The notes beneath the pieces were generated by a model. That model saw nothing but the letters and a program-made list of their open reading frames with translations. It was not told where the DNA came from and ran no database searches. The position numbers were made by a program, and so were the translations under genes. 32,000 bases of DNA from Vulcanisaeta distributa DSM 14429 (GTDB lineage Archaea > Thermoproteota > Thermoprotei > Thermoproteales > Thermocladiaceae): positions 900,001-932,000 of the forward strand of contig NC_014537.1 of the NCBI RefSeq assembly GCF_000148385.1. Direction: 5' to 3'. Positions 8,109-15,258 of this stretch are shown piece by piece; the first letter of the stretch is position 1; each line of letters opens with the position of its first letter.

Positions 8109-9074
8109 GTGCGTATAATCCTTGGTACGCCGGTGAACTCGAGGCCTAAGCCTTGGCTTTACTTCCGCGTACCAGCCATAATGGTTAATGCCTTTGACAT
8201 TATGAGGAGCAGAATTAGTAAGGGAGGTCATGTTATAAAGAATGTGCTTCAGTACGATGGTGAGGTTTGGATGGATAGTGGTGGTTTTCAATTTCTAAGG
8301 TATGGCAAAATACCTGACATTGAGGATTTAGCCAGGGTTTATGATCAGTATTGGGATATCAGGTACTTCCTGAACCTTGACTACCCACCAAGCCCCACTG
8401 ACGATGAGCATAATTTAGAACTGAAATTAAGGGGATCACTCCATAATTACGAGTACTTGGCTAAGAAATTTGATAATGTCTTACCAGTAATTCATTACCA
8501 CTGGAGAACTAACATTATTACTAAGTACGTGATTAAGTACCTGGATTTTAACCCAGACTGCATCGCAATAGGTGGCTTAGTGCCTTACGTATTAATAAGT
8601 AGAGGTGTACCTAAGGATTCACGAAGATCGGCACTGAGGTTCTTACTAAATATCAAGCGAGAAACTAACACGTGCATTCACGTACTTGGTCTTGGATCCC
8701 CAGTAATAAATCCAATACTCAAGCTCATAAACATTGATAGCACAGACACAAGTACCTGGAGGGTTAAGGCAGCCTATGGAAAGGTTGTCATGCCAGGCGG
8801 TGGTGAAAGGCACGTCAGTGGTAGGGCCATAAACTTCGGAGGTAAGGAGGCCACGAGCGACGATTTAATGAGGTTGTACGCGTTCCTTAAGGCTACGGGC
8901 TTTCCCATGATTGATCAGTTTAATGAGATTGTAACGAGCTTTGAATATAGGGCTTTGGTCAACGCGTGGGTTGTTCTCAATAGCTTTAAAGTGGCGAGTG
9001 GTGGCGTGTTTAAAGCCATATATGATGAATTGGCAAGGGAGGTTACGGAACAGATTATTGAGGGTACACGTTAG
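8109..9074 (+). CDS. Stand-alone TGT-superfamily transglycosylase, DpdA-like (short form, no Zn motif, no PUA/C-terminal domains)
   Basis: 321-aa ORF with a GTG start (alternative ATG at 8181). It carries ordered TGT signatures: 'MDSGGFQF', 'LNLDYPPSP', 'IAIGGLVP', 'HVLGLGSP', 'IDSTDTSTW...AAYGKVV'. There is no CxCxxC...H motif, only two isolated Cys. A TATA-like 'TTTTATT' sits at 8081-8087, about 24 nt upstream. Confidence 0.7.
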   Translation: MRIILGTPVNSRPKPWLYFRVPAIMVNAFDIMRSRISKGGHVIKNVLQYDGEVWMDSGGFQFLRYGKIPDIEDLARVYDQYWDIRYFLNLDYPPSPTDDEHNLELKLRGSLHNYEYLAKKFDNVLPVIHYHWRTNIITKYVIKYLDFNPDCIAIGGLVPYVLISRGVPKDSRRSALRFLLNIKRETNTCIHVLGLGSPVINPILKLINIDSTDTSTWRVKAAYGKVVMPGGGERHVSGRAINFGGKEATSDDLMRLYAFLKATGFPMIDQFNEIVTSFEYRALVNAWVVLNSFKVASGGVFKAIYDELAREVTEQIIEGTR

Positions 9075-9115
9075 GGATTACATTTATTAATGCTTATCGT
9101 CCCTATGGAATTACC

Positions 9116-9463
9116 GTGAGAAAGGTTCAGAAGAATTGTTTAACGCTGGTTGTGGATGTGTGCAATGATACGTTAGATAGGTTTAAGGGGGTCATGAATG
9201 CGGCTATTAGGAGGGTCGGCTTTGGTGGTGCCCTGAGGGTTCTCGTTTATAAGTGCAGGGAGCTCGACTTCAATAAATATATTAGAGAATTAAATTCAGT
9301 GATAGCCAATAATTTCTCCGTATCAATATTCGTATATGAATTCGATGATTTAAATGCCATAGTTAATGAGTTAAATAAGAACATGCTTCATGGCTGTGAT
9401 AGTTATGGCGTATTATCAACCATAGATTTACCGGCAAGTATTAATTATGAGAAATTGAAATAG
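9116..9463 (+). CDS. Hypothetical 115-aa protein, third gene of the HerA/TGT-like string
   Basis: ORF with a GTG start, 41 bp after the TGT-like gene on the same strand. It has host-like codon usage (AGG, GAG) and alternating hydrophobic strand/helix patterns ('LTLVVDV', 'ALRVLVYK', 'SVSIFVYEF'). No family recognised. Confidence 0.45.
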   Translation: MRKVQKNCLTLVVDVCNDTLDRFKGVMNAAIRRVGFGGALRVLVYKCRELDFNKYIRELNSVIANNFSVSIFVYEFDDLNAIVNELNKNMLHGCDSYGVLSTIDLPASINYEKLK

Positions 9464-9569
9464 ATGGCTTGACTATATACGGTATACGTTGAATAGCCCT
9501 AAGCTATTGATATCACTCTATATTCTAATAAATTACTATGGGTACCCTAGTTTCATGTCGTATTCTTTC

Positions 9570-9626
9570 GGTCTCAGCTTAGCCCAGTACATCATGGTTC
9601 AGACCTTGCAAGCATCATCACTTAGT
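9570..9626 (-). ncRNA. C/D box sRNA (2'-O-methylation guide), double-guide architecture
   Basis: The minus strand reads GUGAUGA(C; 9615-9621)-12 nt 'UGCUUGCAAGGU'-CUGA(D'; 9599-9602)-ACC-AUGAUGU(C'; 9589-9595)-11 nt 'ACUGGGCUAAG'-CUGA(D; 9574-9577). It lies immediately 3' of the minus-strand gene 9632-10309, in otherwise non-coding DNA. Confidence 0.7.
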
Positions 9627-9631
9627 AATTA

Positions 9632-10309
9632 TCATTCAATCCAGTAATAATGGTCAATGGACCTATTAAGTACTGGGTCGTATAACTCGATCTCGAAATA
9701 ACCACTGGGCTTTATTTGACCTTTTATTGTCGGTATTGTGCCCGAAAAGACAACGACATTCTTTAAATCAGGCACCACCTCGCGTATTAAATCAACGAGT
9801 TTTTCCGGCGTTAGTAGGAACTTCATGGTACCCTCCTGATAAAGGGTCTTCTTATCATCCTCAAGAATCCAACTCCTCAGTACTAGGTCATCCCAATGAT
9901 CCTCAATCTCCTTAAGTGGCCAAGCTCTTCTGGCGACGATCTTCGGGTACATGTGCTTACCGGCAAGTAAACTGCACCTCTCGGCTTCCCTGTCTGTGTG
10001 GTCGCTGCCGACGGTTACGTAGATCTCATCCTCATTCTTAATTAGTAATACGTACTCAACCTCACCGCTGTGTAGGTCACTTACCTTCCTAATGTAGTTA
10101 CTTGTGGTTACTAGGTATGGCTGTAGTATGTATATTTCGGGTATGTTCTTAGGACCACTAATGCCTATCCTGCTCAGTTCCTCAACCTCCTTCTTAATGA
10201 TGTCGGTAGTCCTCCCAGACCAGACAAAGATCACTAAGTCGCTAACAGCGATTTCTATATCTCTCTCGTTACCGTTCTTGAACTCTATGGTTACATTAAG
10301 TCTATGCAT
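9632..10309 (-). CDS. Conserved hypothetical protein, probably DUF2848 family
   Basis: 225-aa ORF. 'LVIFVWSGRT', 'GSDHTDREAE', 'LRSWILE' and 'VFSGTIP' fit my recollection of DUF2848 proteins. The family call is from memory only. Confidence 0.6.
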   Translation of the reverse strand: MHRLNVTIEFKNGNERDIEIAVSDLVIFVWSGRTTDIIKKEVEELSRIGISGPKNIPEIYILQPYLVTTSNYIRKVSDLHSGEVEYVLLIKNEDEIYVTVGSDHTDREAERCSLLAGKHMYPKIVARRAWPLKEIEDHWDDLVLRSWILEDDKKTLYQEGTMKFLLTPEKLVDLIREVVPDLKNVVVFSGTIPTIKGQIKPSGYFEIELYDPVLNRSIDHYYWIE

Positions 10310-10414
10310 AGACGAACTCTGGTTTATAAAGCAATTACCTTATTAAATTTTTAGTTCCATATTCTGTCCGAGTGAACGGAAATACTAATAAAAACCTGAA
10401 GTATTACTGACAGG

Positions 10415-10873
10415 ATGATCTCTGAAATAGTCAGGGTGGGCCTTGTTTCGGAGATTAGGCTCTCAATACCAAATGCTGATGATGCCCTTGACTACCTAAG
10501 GCTAATGCTAAATAACTTAATAGGATTAATGGCTTCAATACCCCCAGCCTTAGCCCAAAGCGTTAAGCCTGAGATACCAATATTCGTAAAGTCCGCGGAT
10601 GGCGAGGCTGAAATATCAATACATTACTCACCCCTTATGCCGTTAATAAGGATTAGGACGTCTAAGGACTTGATAAATAAGGTAAGTGGTGTAAACTTCA
10701 TAGGTGTTGTGCTGGACTCAGGGGGAACTATATTGAAGATGTATAAGGGTAAGGATGAGATGAGTAGGGATAGGGAGAAGATACTCCTCGTCTTTAGGGT
10801 GTTTATGAACTCCGACGTTGAGCTACAGCCATTACCAAGTGTGCCCAGGGGGCAGGGCGGCGTCATTATTTAA
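10415..10873 (+). CDS. Hypothetical 152-aa protein
   Basis: ORF with host-like codon usage, upstream of the L37Ae string. The segment 'VSGVNFIGVVLDSGGTILKMY' is faintly Roadblock/LC7-like but misplaced for that fold. No family assigned. Confidence 0.55.
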   Translation: MISEIVRVGLVSEIRLSIPNADDALDYLRLMLNNLIGLMASIPPALAQSVKPEIPIFVKSADGEAEISIHYSPLMPLIRIRTSKDLINKVSGVNFIGVVLDSGGTILKMYKGKDEMSRDREKILLVFRVFMNSDVELQPLPSVPRGQGGVII

Positions 10874-10916
10874 TGATTTACAAATACCGTTAGTAGAAAT
10901 GCTTTTATTTGGTTAA

Positions 10917-11210
10917 ATGCTATGGTCCTTGATGCCATTTAGCCATACAAAGATTGTAGGGCCCACAGGTAGGTATGGCGCTAGGTATGGCATGGGCGTT
11001 AGGAGGAAGGTTTTACAGATCGAGGTTAAGCAGAGAAGTAAGCATAGGTGCCCAAGGTGTAAGTCATTGGTTAAAATGGAGAGGATAGCCTTTGGAATTT
11101 GGAGGTGCCCCAAGTGCGGTTACACCTTCGCCGGTGGTGCCTGGGTTCCGCAGACAATAATGGGTAAAACACTAGCAACGGAGGCTGCGGCAAAGCAAGG
11201 CACAAAGTGA
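10917..11210 (+). CDS. rpl37ae: 50S ribosomal protein L37Ae (eL43), zinc-ribbon
   Basis: 'GPTGRYGARYGMGVRRKV' plus the CxxC...CxxC ribbon 'CPRCKS...WRCPKCGYTFAGGAW'. The true start is probably the ATG at 10932 (MPFSHTKIVG...). Confidence 0.95.
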   Translation: MLWSLMPFSHTKIVGPTGRYGARYGMGVRRKVLQIEVKQRSKHRCPRCKSLVKMERIAFGIWRCPKCGYTFAGGAWVPQTIMGKTLATEAAAKQGTK

Positions 11211-11797
11211 GTAGTGCCATAATGGGCTTGATAGTACTGACTTCGTCAAGAGACGCAAGTATTAGAATGAGGCAGTTCCTCAATGAGTTGGAGTTGGTAA
11301 TACCCAATGCCGTTAAGGTTAATAGGGGTAAGTCATCAATCATTGAGATTGCGGGTAAGGCCCTTAGCCTTGGGGCCGACAGGATACTTTACATTGGTTC
11401 CAGGGGTGGAAATCCAGGCTTCATACGCTTCCTAAGGGTTAAGGAGGGGGTTATTGAGGTGATGCCATACTTAATAAGGATATTTGGCGTTAAATTACTA
11501 ATTGACATGCCTATTAATGTTAAGGGTAGGCAGAAGGCACGTAGTGGTGTTGTGGTATCCTTAGGTGAGTATGTGGAGGTTACGGATTTATTGAGTGAAC
11601 AGCTTGGATTACCAAGTATGAGGGTTTATGATTTTGAGAGTGTTAGGGGTATGTATGACGTTATTTTCCTAATTCATAGGGTTGAAAATGCCTATGAGGT
11701 GCAGATACTGAATGGTAGGGATTTGGGTCCTTATGGTCCATTTATGAAGATTAGTGATGTTATTTACGTTAAGCCTAGGGTGATTCGAATTGGGTGA
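11207..11797 (+). CDS. Brix/Imp4-domain ribosome biogenesis protein
   Basis: 'LIVLTSSRDASIRMRQFLNEL...VNRGKSS...GSRGGNPGFIRF' matches archaeal Brix-domain proteins, and it holds the conserved position after rpl37ae. It has a GTGA overlap with the L37Ae stop; an alternative ATG lies at 11222. Confidence 0.8.
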   Translation: MSSAIMGLIVLTSSRDASIRMRQFLNELELVIPNAVKVNRGKSSIIEIAGKALSLGADRILYIGSRGGNPGFIRFLRVKEGVIEVMPYLIRIFGVKLLIDMPINVKGRQKARSGVVVSLGEYVEVTDLLSEQLGLPSMRVYDFESVRGMYDVIFLIHRVENAYEVQILNGRDLGPYGPFMKISDVIYVKPRVIRIG

Positions 11798-12032
11798 CTG
11801 CGAATTTAAGGCTGTGTTTTCCCTGGAGGGTGTTGATAGGGAATTGATAGTTAAATCATTCAAGACTCTTGAGAAGGAGATGCGGTTTGGGAGGGGGTTT
11901 GTGAGCGTTGATGTGAGTGATAATGGTGTAGTGATAACTGTTTGTGCCAAGGACTTAACAAGTCTGAGAAGCCTGGTTAGTGGCGTTATGAAGTCGCTGT
12001 ACCTAATATTTAAGGTTGAGGAGCTTAGATAA
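11790..12032 (+). CDS. pcc1: KEOPS complex subunit Pcc1
   Basis: 80-aa ORF. The pattern 'FKAVFSLE...VKSFKTLEKE...VVITVCAKDLTSLRSLVSGVMKSLYLIFKV' matches Pcc1 (cf. '...IKATDSSALRGTVNSYLRW...'). It holds the conserved position between Brix and prefoldin beta. Confidence 0.7.
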   Translation: MGDCEFKAVFSLEGVDRELIVKSFKTLEKEMRFGRGFVSVDVSDNGVVITVCAKDLTSLRSLVSGVMKSLYLIFKVEELR

Positions 12033-12121
12033 TACCATATTTCCTCCATGTATATGCGTGATACTGCCTATAACCAACATGCGGATTAATATTTATTAAG
12101 GCTTAGTTCAATGGCGCTTTA

Positions 12122-12499
12122 ATGAGTTCATTACCACCATCATTACAGTCAGACCTGGAGAAACTCCAGGCACTGCAGGATCAGTTAAATAGTGTTAGGG
12201 TTAGGAAGCAGCAGTTCGAGAGTGAGCTTAAGGAAGTTGAGAGAGCTATTTCAGAGATTGAGAAGATACCTGCTGAAAGTAAGGTCTATAAGATCGTTGG
12301 TTCCTTCCTAGTCCTGGTAACTAAGGACCAAGCGCTTCAGGAACTTAAGGATAGGAAGGAGCTACTTGAACTTCACATAAAGACTTTATCAAGGCAGGAG
12401 AGTATGTTGATGAAGCAGATCGAGGACTTGAGAACACAGATAAATGAGGCATTGGCTAAGTTGCAGGGTGCTGGCGGAGTCGCTAAGGGTGGTGGTTAA
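12122..12499 (+). CDS. pfdB: Prefoldin beta subunit
   Basis: 125-aa coiled-coil/beta-hairpin/coiled-coil layout: 'LQALQDQLNSVRVRKQQFESELKEVERAISEI...VYKIVGSFLVLVTKDQALQELKDRKELLELHIKTL'. Confidence 0.9.
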   Translation: MSSLPPSLQSDLEKLQALQDQLNSVRVRKQQFESELKEVERAISEIEKIPAESKVYKIVGSFLVLVTKDQALQELKDRKELLELHIKTLSRQESMLMKQIEDLRTQINEALAKLQGAGGVAKGGG

Positions 12500-12504
12500 G
12501 AGTA

Positions 12505-12849
12505 ATGAGTAGCAGTAATGAGGTGCTTAATGAGATAGTTAATGTGGTTGCTGAGGAGGTTTACAAATACCTAATGCGTAAACTCCCTGAGAAGCTTCTT
12601 GAGGATATAGTTATTAATGTGGGATTTACGGACATGAATAATTATACCCTCGAGATTAGCATTGATGTAATGACGAATCCATTATTAAAGGGTCTTGATG
12701 ATATAATTAATGATGCTGTTGAGTTTGGGTTTAAAATAGCGGATTACTTAATGGATAAGTTCAGGAGGGGTGAATTGGTTGGCTTATCAACTGGAGAAAT
12801 TGAAAGAATTGCTGAGGAATACACAAAGAGTCTGCGTAATGACACATAG
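12505..12849 (+). CDS. Small conserved archaeal protein of unknown function (possibly DUF3194)
   Basis: 114-aa ORF directly after pfdB, a position I recall for DUF3194 in archaea. The family call is tentative. Confidence 0.55.
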   Translation: MSSSNEVLNEIVNVVAEEVYKYLMRKLPEKLLEDIVINVGFTDMNNYTLEISIDVMTNPLLKGLDDIINDAVEFGFKIADYLMDKFRRGELVGLSTGEIERIAEEYTKSLRNDT

Positions 12850-13768
12850 GCATGCAGACCTAGACGCATACGCATGTGGTGTGGCCACTAAGGAATTGAT
12901 TAATAAGCTTGGTCTCAATGCCGCCCTGGTAATCCCTGAGGGCCCTTCCTACGAGGTTAAAACGTTCATTACCAGACTTGGCATAAATTACCAGGGCCTA
13001 AATAATTGCGATGAAGCGGACTTAATATTCCTGGTCGATGTTAGTACGTATGCTCAGTTGAATGAGTTTAGAAACATAATTGGTGATAGGCCTGTGGTGG
13101 TTGTGGATCATCATGAGGTGCGTAATGTGGTTCCTACGGTATCCCTCGTGGACCCGAACGCCACAAGCTGTTCCGAGATTATAGCCCGGGTATTTAGGGA
13201 ATTTGAAATTGAACCTAGTACCGAGATCGCAACCCTCCTCATTGGTGGTGTACTGAGTGATAGTGGTAGGTTGAGTAGGGCTAGGCCTGAGACCTTTGAG
13301 GTGCTGGCGTGGCTGCTTAGGCTGGCTGGTAGGGATTATAGGGAGATAGTTAATGCGATGATTGAGGAGGTAACGTTTTCCGAGAGGATGGCTAAGGTTA
13401 AGGGCTTGCTTCGAATGAGGGCTTATAGGGCTGGTGATTATATAATCTGCCTAAGTAATGTAAATGCTTATGAATCATCACTCGCTGATACGCTGATTAA
13501 GTCGGGTTGTGACGTTGCATTGGTGGTTTCAGAGCATGATGGGGAAATGAGATTATTTGGCAGGGGTAGTAGGAGGATTGCTGAGAAGTTATCGCTTGCC
13601 GAGGTCTTTAATGATTTAGCTAAGTACTTTAATGGTGAGGGTGGCGGTCACGCAATGGCGGCTGCCCTGAGTATTAAGGCGAGGATCGACCCAACAACAG
13701 TATTAATAAAGGCTTTAAGTAGTGTTGAGCAAAGACTTGGTATTAAGGCATTAAGAATAACCGATTAA
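12770..13768 (+). CDS. DHH/DHHA1-family phosphoesterase (NrnA/RecJ-like)
   Basis: Motifs 'VMTHRHADLDAYACG' (DHH I), 'VVVVDHHE' (DHH) and 'GGGHAMAAA' (DHHA1). The GTG start at 12770 keeps the first beta-strand 'RVCVMTH' and overlaps the upstream ORF by 80 nt. An ATG at 12839 would truncate that strand. Confidence 0.85.
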   Translation: MNWLAYQLEKLKELLRNTQRVCVMTHRHADLDAYACGVATKELINKLGLNAALVIPEGPSYEVKTFITRLGINYQGLNNCDEADLIFLVDVSTYAQLNEFRNIIGDRPVVVVDHHEVRNVVPTVSLVDPNATSCSEIIARVFREFEIEPSTEIATLLIGGVLSDSGRLSRARPETFEVLAWLLRLAGRDYREIVNAMIEEVTFSERMAKVKGLLRMRAYRAGDYIICLSNVNAYESSLADTLIKSGCDVALVVSEHDGEMRLFGRGSRRIAEKLSLAEVFNDLAKYFNGEGGGHAMAAALSIKARIDPTTVLIKALSSVEQRLGIKALRITD

Positions 13769-13810
13769 GCGATGATTTTTAATAATTAGTAATACGATTA
13801 TTCTCAGGAA

Positions 13811-15157
13811 TCACCTTAATCTCAACTCCATAATAACTCTACCTATACCTATTGAGAATAATGATTCAGTAAGCCTATTAGTTACGTACTGCGTACTTAC
13901 ACCAGCGGTTGATCCATTAATGCCTATGGCAACAATTCCAGCACTTACATTACCTGAAGCTACCTGGCTATCCTCATAATTAAATACCTGTAATGTACAC
14001 CATGAAACCGCACTGACCTGTGATTGATACGTAGGTACTAGGTACTGTACTGGGGTTATGGGTATCACCGACCCATTAAAGAAGTCATATGCCTGCAAAT
14101 AGCCTCCAAACAGTAATGAGCCGTTAAGTAGGTATAGCCCCATTGGGTAGTTCTCGGTTTCATAAACAGGTATTGAATAACCACTCTGCGTTATGTAATT
14201 GACCTGAAGTAGGTAGTAGGTATTTGGTATGCAGGATGGATTTACTATAGTGCCGTTCGGCATCAGGAGTATTGGTGATATGTAAATCACGGGTCCAAAG
14301 GGTACTAGCCTCGGTCTTTGGTATATTGCGTATCCATAATTTGTGATTTCGCCGATGGTCATGTTAGGGCTAAGGGTTAAGTGAGTTATTAATGATGAAT
14401 TAACGTACTCGCTAAATGAATAACTAAGGACCTGAAGTACCTCCTGGAAGCCTGAACTAGGCCATGAGCTTGCGTTAATGCCTTGTCCAACCCACATTGT
14501 GAATACGCTTAGCCCAGGTAAGCTAACTTCATAATACTCACCAACGCCCTTCGTGGCTGGATTATAACCGTAGTAGTAATTCCATAGGTAATACGGCTCT
14601 CCATTAAGGGCGATTAAGTAACCACCGACGGTGCTTAGCCCACCTAACACTTGTGTGAGGCTTTCATTGCTTGTTTTGAATGCGAAAACTACGTACTCTT
14701 CACCATTTAAATCCTCGGTTATTAATACATACCAATTAGCATATACAGGCTGCGGATAAAGCAGGTACAATGGAACCTTTAATACCCACGTAATGCCACC
14801 CGTAGCATTAGTTATTGCCGTTGCATTAAGTAAAACCCACTGCTGCGCCGTGGTTTCTGAGGCATTGATTATGTACAATGTGAATTCCTTATCTGCCGTT
14901 GCCACCCAGACAGGCGTTACATTATCAATTAATGAGTCCTCATGATAGGTTAATGGGTATTCATTAACTATGCTACTTAAAAATTGTACCGTTGGTCTCG
15001 AGTCTGTCAAGTTCATTGTTATTACGTACTTCGCGTAGACTACGGGTGTGGGTGCCGGGCCATAAATTGTGTTTGCGTAAGTAATAGATGAGATTAATAT
15101 CAATATAATCGCTAGAGTTAGTGCATATGTTATCCATTTATTAGTCATCATATTCAT
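13811..15157 (-). CDS. Secreted or surface-anchored Tyr/Asn-rich glycoprotein, unknown family
   Basis: 448-aa ORF with an N-terminal signal/anchor 'MNMMTNKWITYALTLAIILILISSITYA'. I count about 14 N-x-S/T sequons (NLT, NVT, NAS, NAT x2, NES, NAS, NSS, NMT, NGT, NGS x3, NVS). It is very Tyr-rich and has no C-terminal TM helix. It is divergent from the ATPase gene across a 101-bp region. Confidence 0.75.
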   Translation of the reverse strand: MNMMTNKWITYALTLAIILILISSITYANTIYGPAPTPVVYAKYVITMNLTDSRPTVQFLSSIVNEYPLTYHEDSLIDNVTPVWVATADKEFTLYIINASETTAQQWVLLNATAITNATGGITWVLKVPLYLLYPQPVYANWYVLITEDLNGEEYVVFAFKTSNESLTQVLGGLSTVGGYLIALNGEPYYLWNYYYGYNPATKGVGEYYEVSLPGLSVFTMWVGQGINASSWPSSGFQEVLQVLSYSFSEYVNSSLITHLTLSPNMTIGEITNYGYAIYQRPRLVPFGPVIYISPILLMPNGTIVNPSCIPNTYYLLQVNYITQSGYSIPVYETENYPMGLYLLNGSLLFGGYLQAYDFFNGSVIPITPVQYLVPTYQSQVSAVSWCTLQVFNYEDSQVASGNVSAGIVAIGINGSTAGVSTQYVTNRLTESLFSIGIGRVIMELRLR

Positions 15158-15258
15158 TTAATGCTGTATTGCAATTATATATAAGTTTCTCACCGCTATG
15201 AGTTACTGAAATCATGAAGCAGAAAGTATTTTAGGGGGTTTATTCTTTAACAAATTGA
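15158..15258. promoter_or_regulatory. Divergent promoter region between the glycoprotein gene and the secretion ATPase gene
   Basis: A/T-rich 101-bp spacer. 'TTATATATAAG' (~15174-15184) lies about 20-25 nt from the minus-strand ATG at 15157. 'AAGTATTTTA' (~15224-15233) lies about 28 nt upstream of the ATG at 15259. Confidence 0.4.

Noticed and set aside
6396-8291. Track ORFs 6396-6704(-), 6923-7135(-), 7799-8032(-) and 8070-8291(-)
   Set aside because: They are antisense shadows of the HerA-like and TGT-like genes. They show no motifs or promoter context and have atypical composition.
9492-9508. Hairpin AATAGC-CCTAA-GCTATT after the 115-aa ORF as a terminator
   Set aside because: It is only a 6-bp A/T-rich stem, unlikely to be stable in a thermophile. 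Archaeal termination mostly relies on T-tracts, so the hairpin is not distinguishable from chance.
9727-12049. Track ORFs 9727-9915(+), 10104-10346(+), 10624-10866(-), 10913-11113(-), 11071-11343(-) and 11669-12049(-)
   Set aside because: They overlap well-supported genes (DUF2848-like, L37Ae, Brix, Pcc1) on the opposite strand, and their translations are Ser/Leu/Pro-rich shadows.
15068-15157. Possibility that the 448-aa secreted protein is a type IV pilin/archaellin-like substrate of the neighbouring ATPase
   Set aside because: The N-terminus 'MNMMTNKWITYALTLAIILILISSITYA' lacks the class III signal arrangement (short basic stretch ending in K/R-G/A directly before the hydrophobic helix). 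It looks like a Sec signal or anchor. At 448 aa it is also much larger than pilins.
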